From: Barthelona sp. PAP020
Lineage: Eukaryota
Assembly (NCBI GenBank): GCA_040182905.1
Contig: JARQWU010000072.1
Coordinates: 1-38,177, forward strand
Length of the DNA stretch: 38,177 nt
Direction: 5' to 3'
Each line of letters opens with the position of its first letter. The stretch's first letter is position 1. The position numbers and the translations under genes are program-made. The notes beneath the pieces are model-generated. The model did no database searches. It worked only from the letters and a program-made list of their open reading frames with translations, and had not been told where the DNA came from. This document shows positions 33,701 through 36,700 of this stretch, piece by piece.

Positions 33701-36700
33701 CGGTACCTCTTTCACTAATGGTTAATGTATTAGCATCAATTCGTTGAAGATACAAAGGTAAAGCTGTTGTTGCTAAATCTAAGTTGTCAAACTTAATTCC
33801 AATGGGATAATAACTGAATTTAGAATCTATTTTAACAGCACCAGGAATTGTATAAGTTTCATTGGAACAAACAATTGTCAAATGTCTTTGATCGGTATCA
33901 GTTCCAGTAACTCTATTCATCCAAATATCACCAGAATAATTGTTTATTTCACGAATGAAAAGTGATTGATCACCAGTAGCTTCAATATCAAAGTTAGAAA
34001 GTTGGTTGAAAGTGTTGTGAGAATCAGCTAAAATTAATTTGGCTGATCCTGAACCTATAAAGGAATCCAACCAACGAATCCATCCAGTACCAGTTGAAAA
34101 TGATATGGTCAAATCTTTTGTGAATTCAACACTACCACAAGGAATATCAAGGAATGGATAGATTGACAATGATTGATCTGTTGCAATTGATAATTTTCCG
34201 ACAACAACTGTTGAAGCAAGGATCACTTCAAGAGGATCAACTTTTGCAATTGACAATTCACCAATAATAGTCAATCTTGGAATAATGCTACTTGAAATAG
34301 AGCCATCAAACTTGAAAGTACCAGATTGATGAGTTGCCTTACCGAAAATAGCAAACACACTGTAAGAATCATAACCAGGATCTGCAACAGTAACCGCAAT
34401 ATTATCAAAAGTAATGGCATTATCATTAAATACAAATGAAAGATGAGAAGTTTGAATATCAACAACCAATTTAGTGGCTTTCTTTGAAACAAAAGATCCT
34501 TCTCCAGTAATTGTACAGGAATCAATATTGAGAATATCTGCAAAAACAGTGCCATGAATTATCATCGTGGAACTTGTGCAAGATAGAGTTGTCACATGAA
34601 TACTGGAATATTTTCCCAATTCAACGGTACCAGCACTTGTGATGGTCATTGTATTAGCATAAATATTGTGTTCAAAAGTAGCAGTTTCTCCAGAAGCTGG
34701 AACTGTAGAAATAACAACATCATCTTTGGAACGAGGTTGCATTCCTGAATCCCAGATGGAAGAACCTGAACTGGGTAGTGCTGACAATGTGTGAGTAAGC
34801 ACATTACTATCAGTTGATGAACAAAGAGAACCAGAATTATCACCAGAACAAATACATTGAAGTGATGTAGCATCAATATAATTTCCTGAAGCACAATTGA
34901 CGGCATATTGACAAACACCACCGGCACGACTCACAGAAGCACAATTACAAGGAGCAGATGCTGTCGTAACACCACCTTCACAGTAATCAATACCGACTTT
35001 CAAATGATCATAAGTGTCTCTCATGTAGAATTCACTCAGGTATGGTGAGCCACTGAAAACAATAGACTCAAAATCACCATAAATATGATCTGCTTTAATT
35101 AATGAAACAACACTATTCAAAGTACCTGACGAATAATCCACATAAATTTTGCCACCACGAAGATATGTAACTGTAGATGTAATTAAAGTTCCAACAGAAG
35201 CTAAAGTAAAACGTAACTCTCCATAATTGGCAAAGTAAATGATATTTGCACTCTTTCCAGCAATTAAATTGAGAGTACCGAAATTGTGAACATTTCCAAA
35301 ACCAGATGAAACATCTAATGTACCATAGTTCATAACAGTTGTAAAAACAGTGCTTGCAGAAGAACCATCTTGGGAAATCGTACCATTGTTATACACAATA
35401 TCACCAAATTCTCCCGAAAAAGATGCACTAAGTGTAATGGTACCCAAATTGACCCAAGATGCATGATTATAATCACTAGCTCCAGTTAAAGCAACAATAA
35501 TACCTTCATTAACTTTAATACGGAAGTCATAATTGTTATTAGTAACAGTAACAGGATAAACAAATGTGGTATCTAAATCAAAAACAATTTCAGATGTGGC
35601 AAAATCATCCCAACCAACACTGATAGTCTTCAAATTGAACACCGAATGGAACCAAACCAAACGAATGCCTCTAAAGTAAACAGTAGATGTATCAGGAACA
35701 GCCCATAAACCTTTTTGAACAACGGTACCAGGTCCTTTAAGAACCAAAGATTTACTCATGTCAAATAAAGTTGTAACCTCTCCATTAACAGATTGAAGAG
35801 TTAACAAATCAGTTACGATGACATTTGTTAATGTAATGTTACCATAACAAACAATACCACACATATCTCTAATTTCAGAATTGAGTGTTGTATCATGATA
35901 ACCCTTGATATAATCAACATCAACATGGAATCTTAACGATCCACCACCTGAAACATAAACTTCAGAATTGAGATTCACAGCAATTGTTCCAATGAAATTG
36001 ATAAAACCAGCATTCACTTTAATTGTATCAGCTATTATTGAACAATCATTGCAGGTAAAATGAGGATATGTATTTGCATCTCCACCAACATCTAAATAAT
36101 TAGTTTCAAATGTACCATTTGAAGAATCAGCATAATTAGAATCGAAAACACCTCTCAGGTACATCTTTACAGTTCCTTGAGATTTAATCAATCCACGATT
36201 CTCCACGGGGGAAAGGAACTTAATATGACCATTAGAAGAGAATAAAATTGAACCTGTAGGACTCACAATAATCTTTGAAGTACGAGAAGCAACACCAATA
36301 TTTCTATCACTAGTATCAGTTCTATAATCAGTGAAATTTCCATTTATTGTAAAAACGGTGTTTGATGCCAGAGTAATATCACCTGTTTTTAAAGTGACAT
36401 TCTTGACAACAAACTTTTCATAAGGAATAGTCAAAGCAATATTTTGTTCAAAATCACCACCAACAGTTAAGGAACCAGTCCCTGCAAAACCATTGGATTT
36501 TACGATCATATCACCATCAACTTGAAGCGTAATACCTGAACCAATGAACAGAATACCACTGTTTAAAGTAAATGATGGAGCTTTCTTTACTTCTTCATTA
36601 TTTCTTTTTGTTTCAAACCTAATTTGTCCAACAGAATGTGTGTAATCAATATAATTGAAATCTGAGCCAGCACCCATGATTAAGATTGAATCTGAACTTT

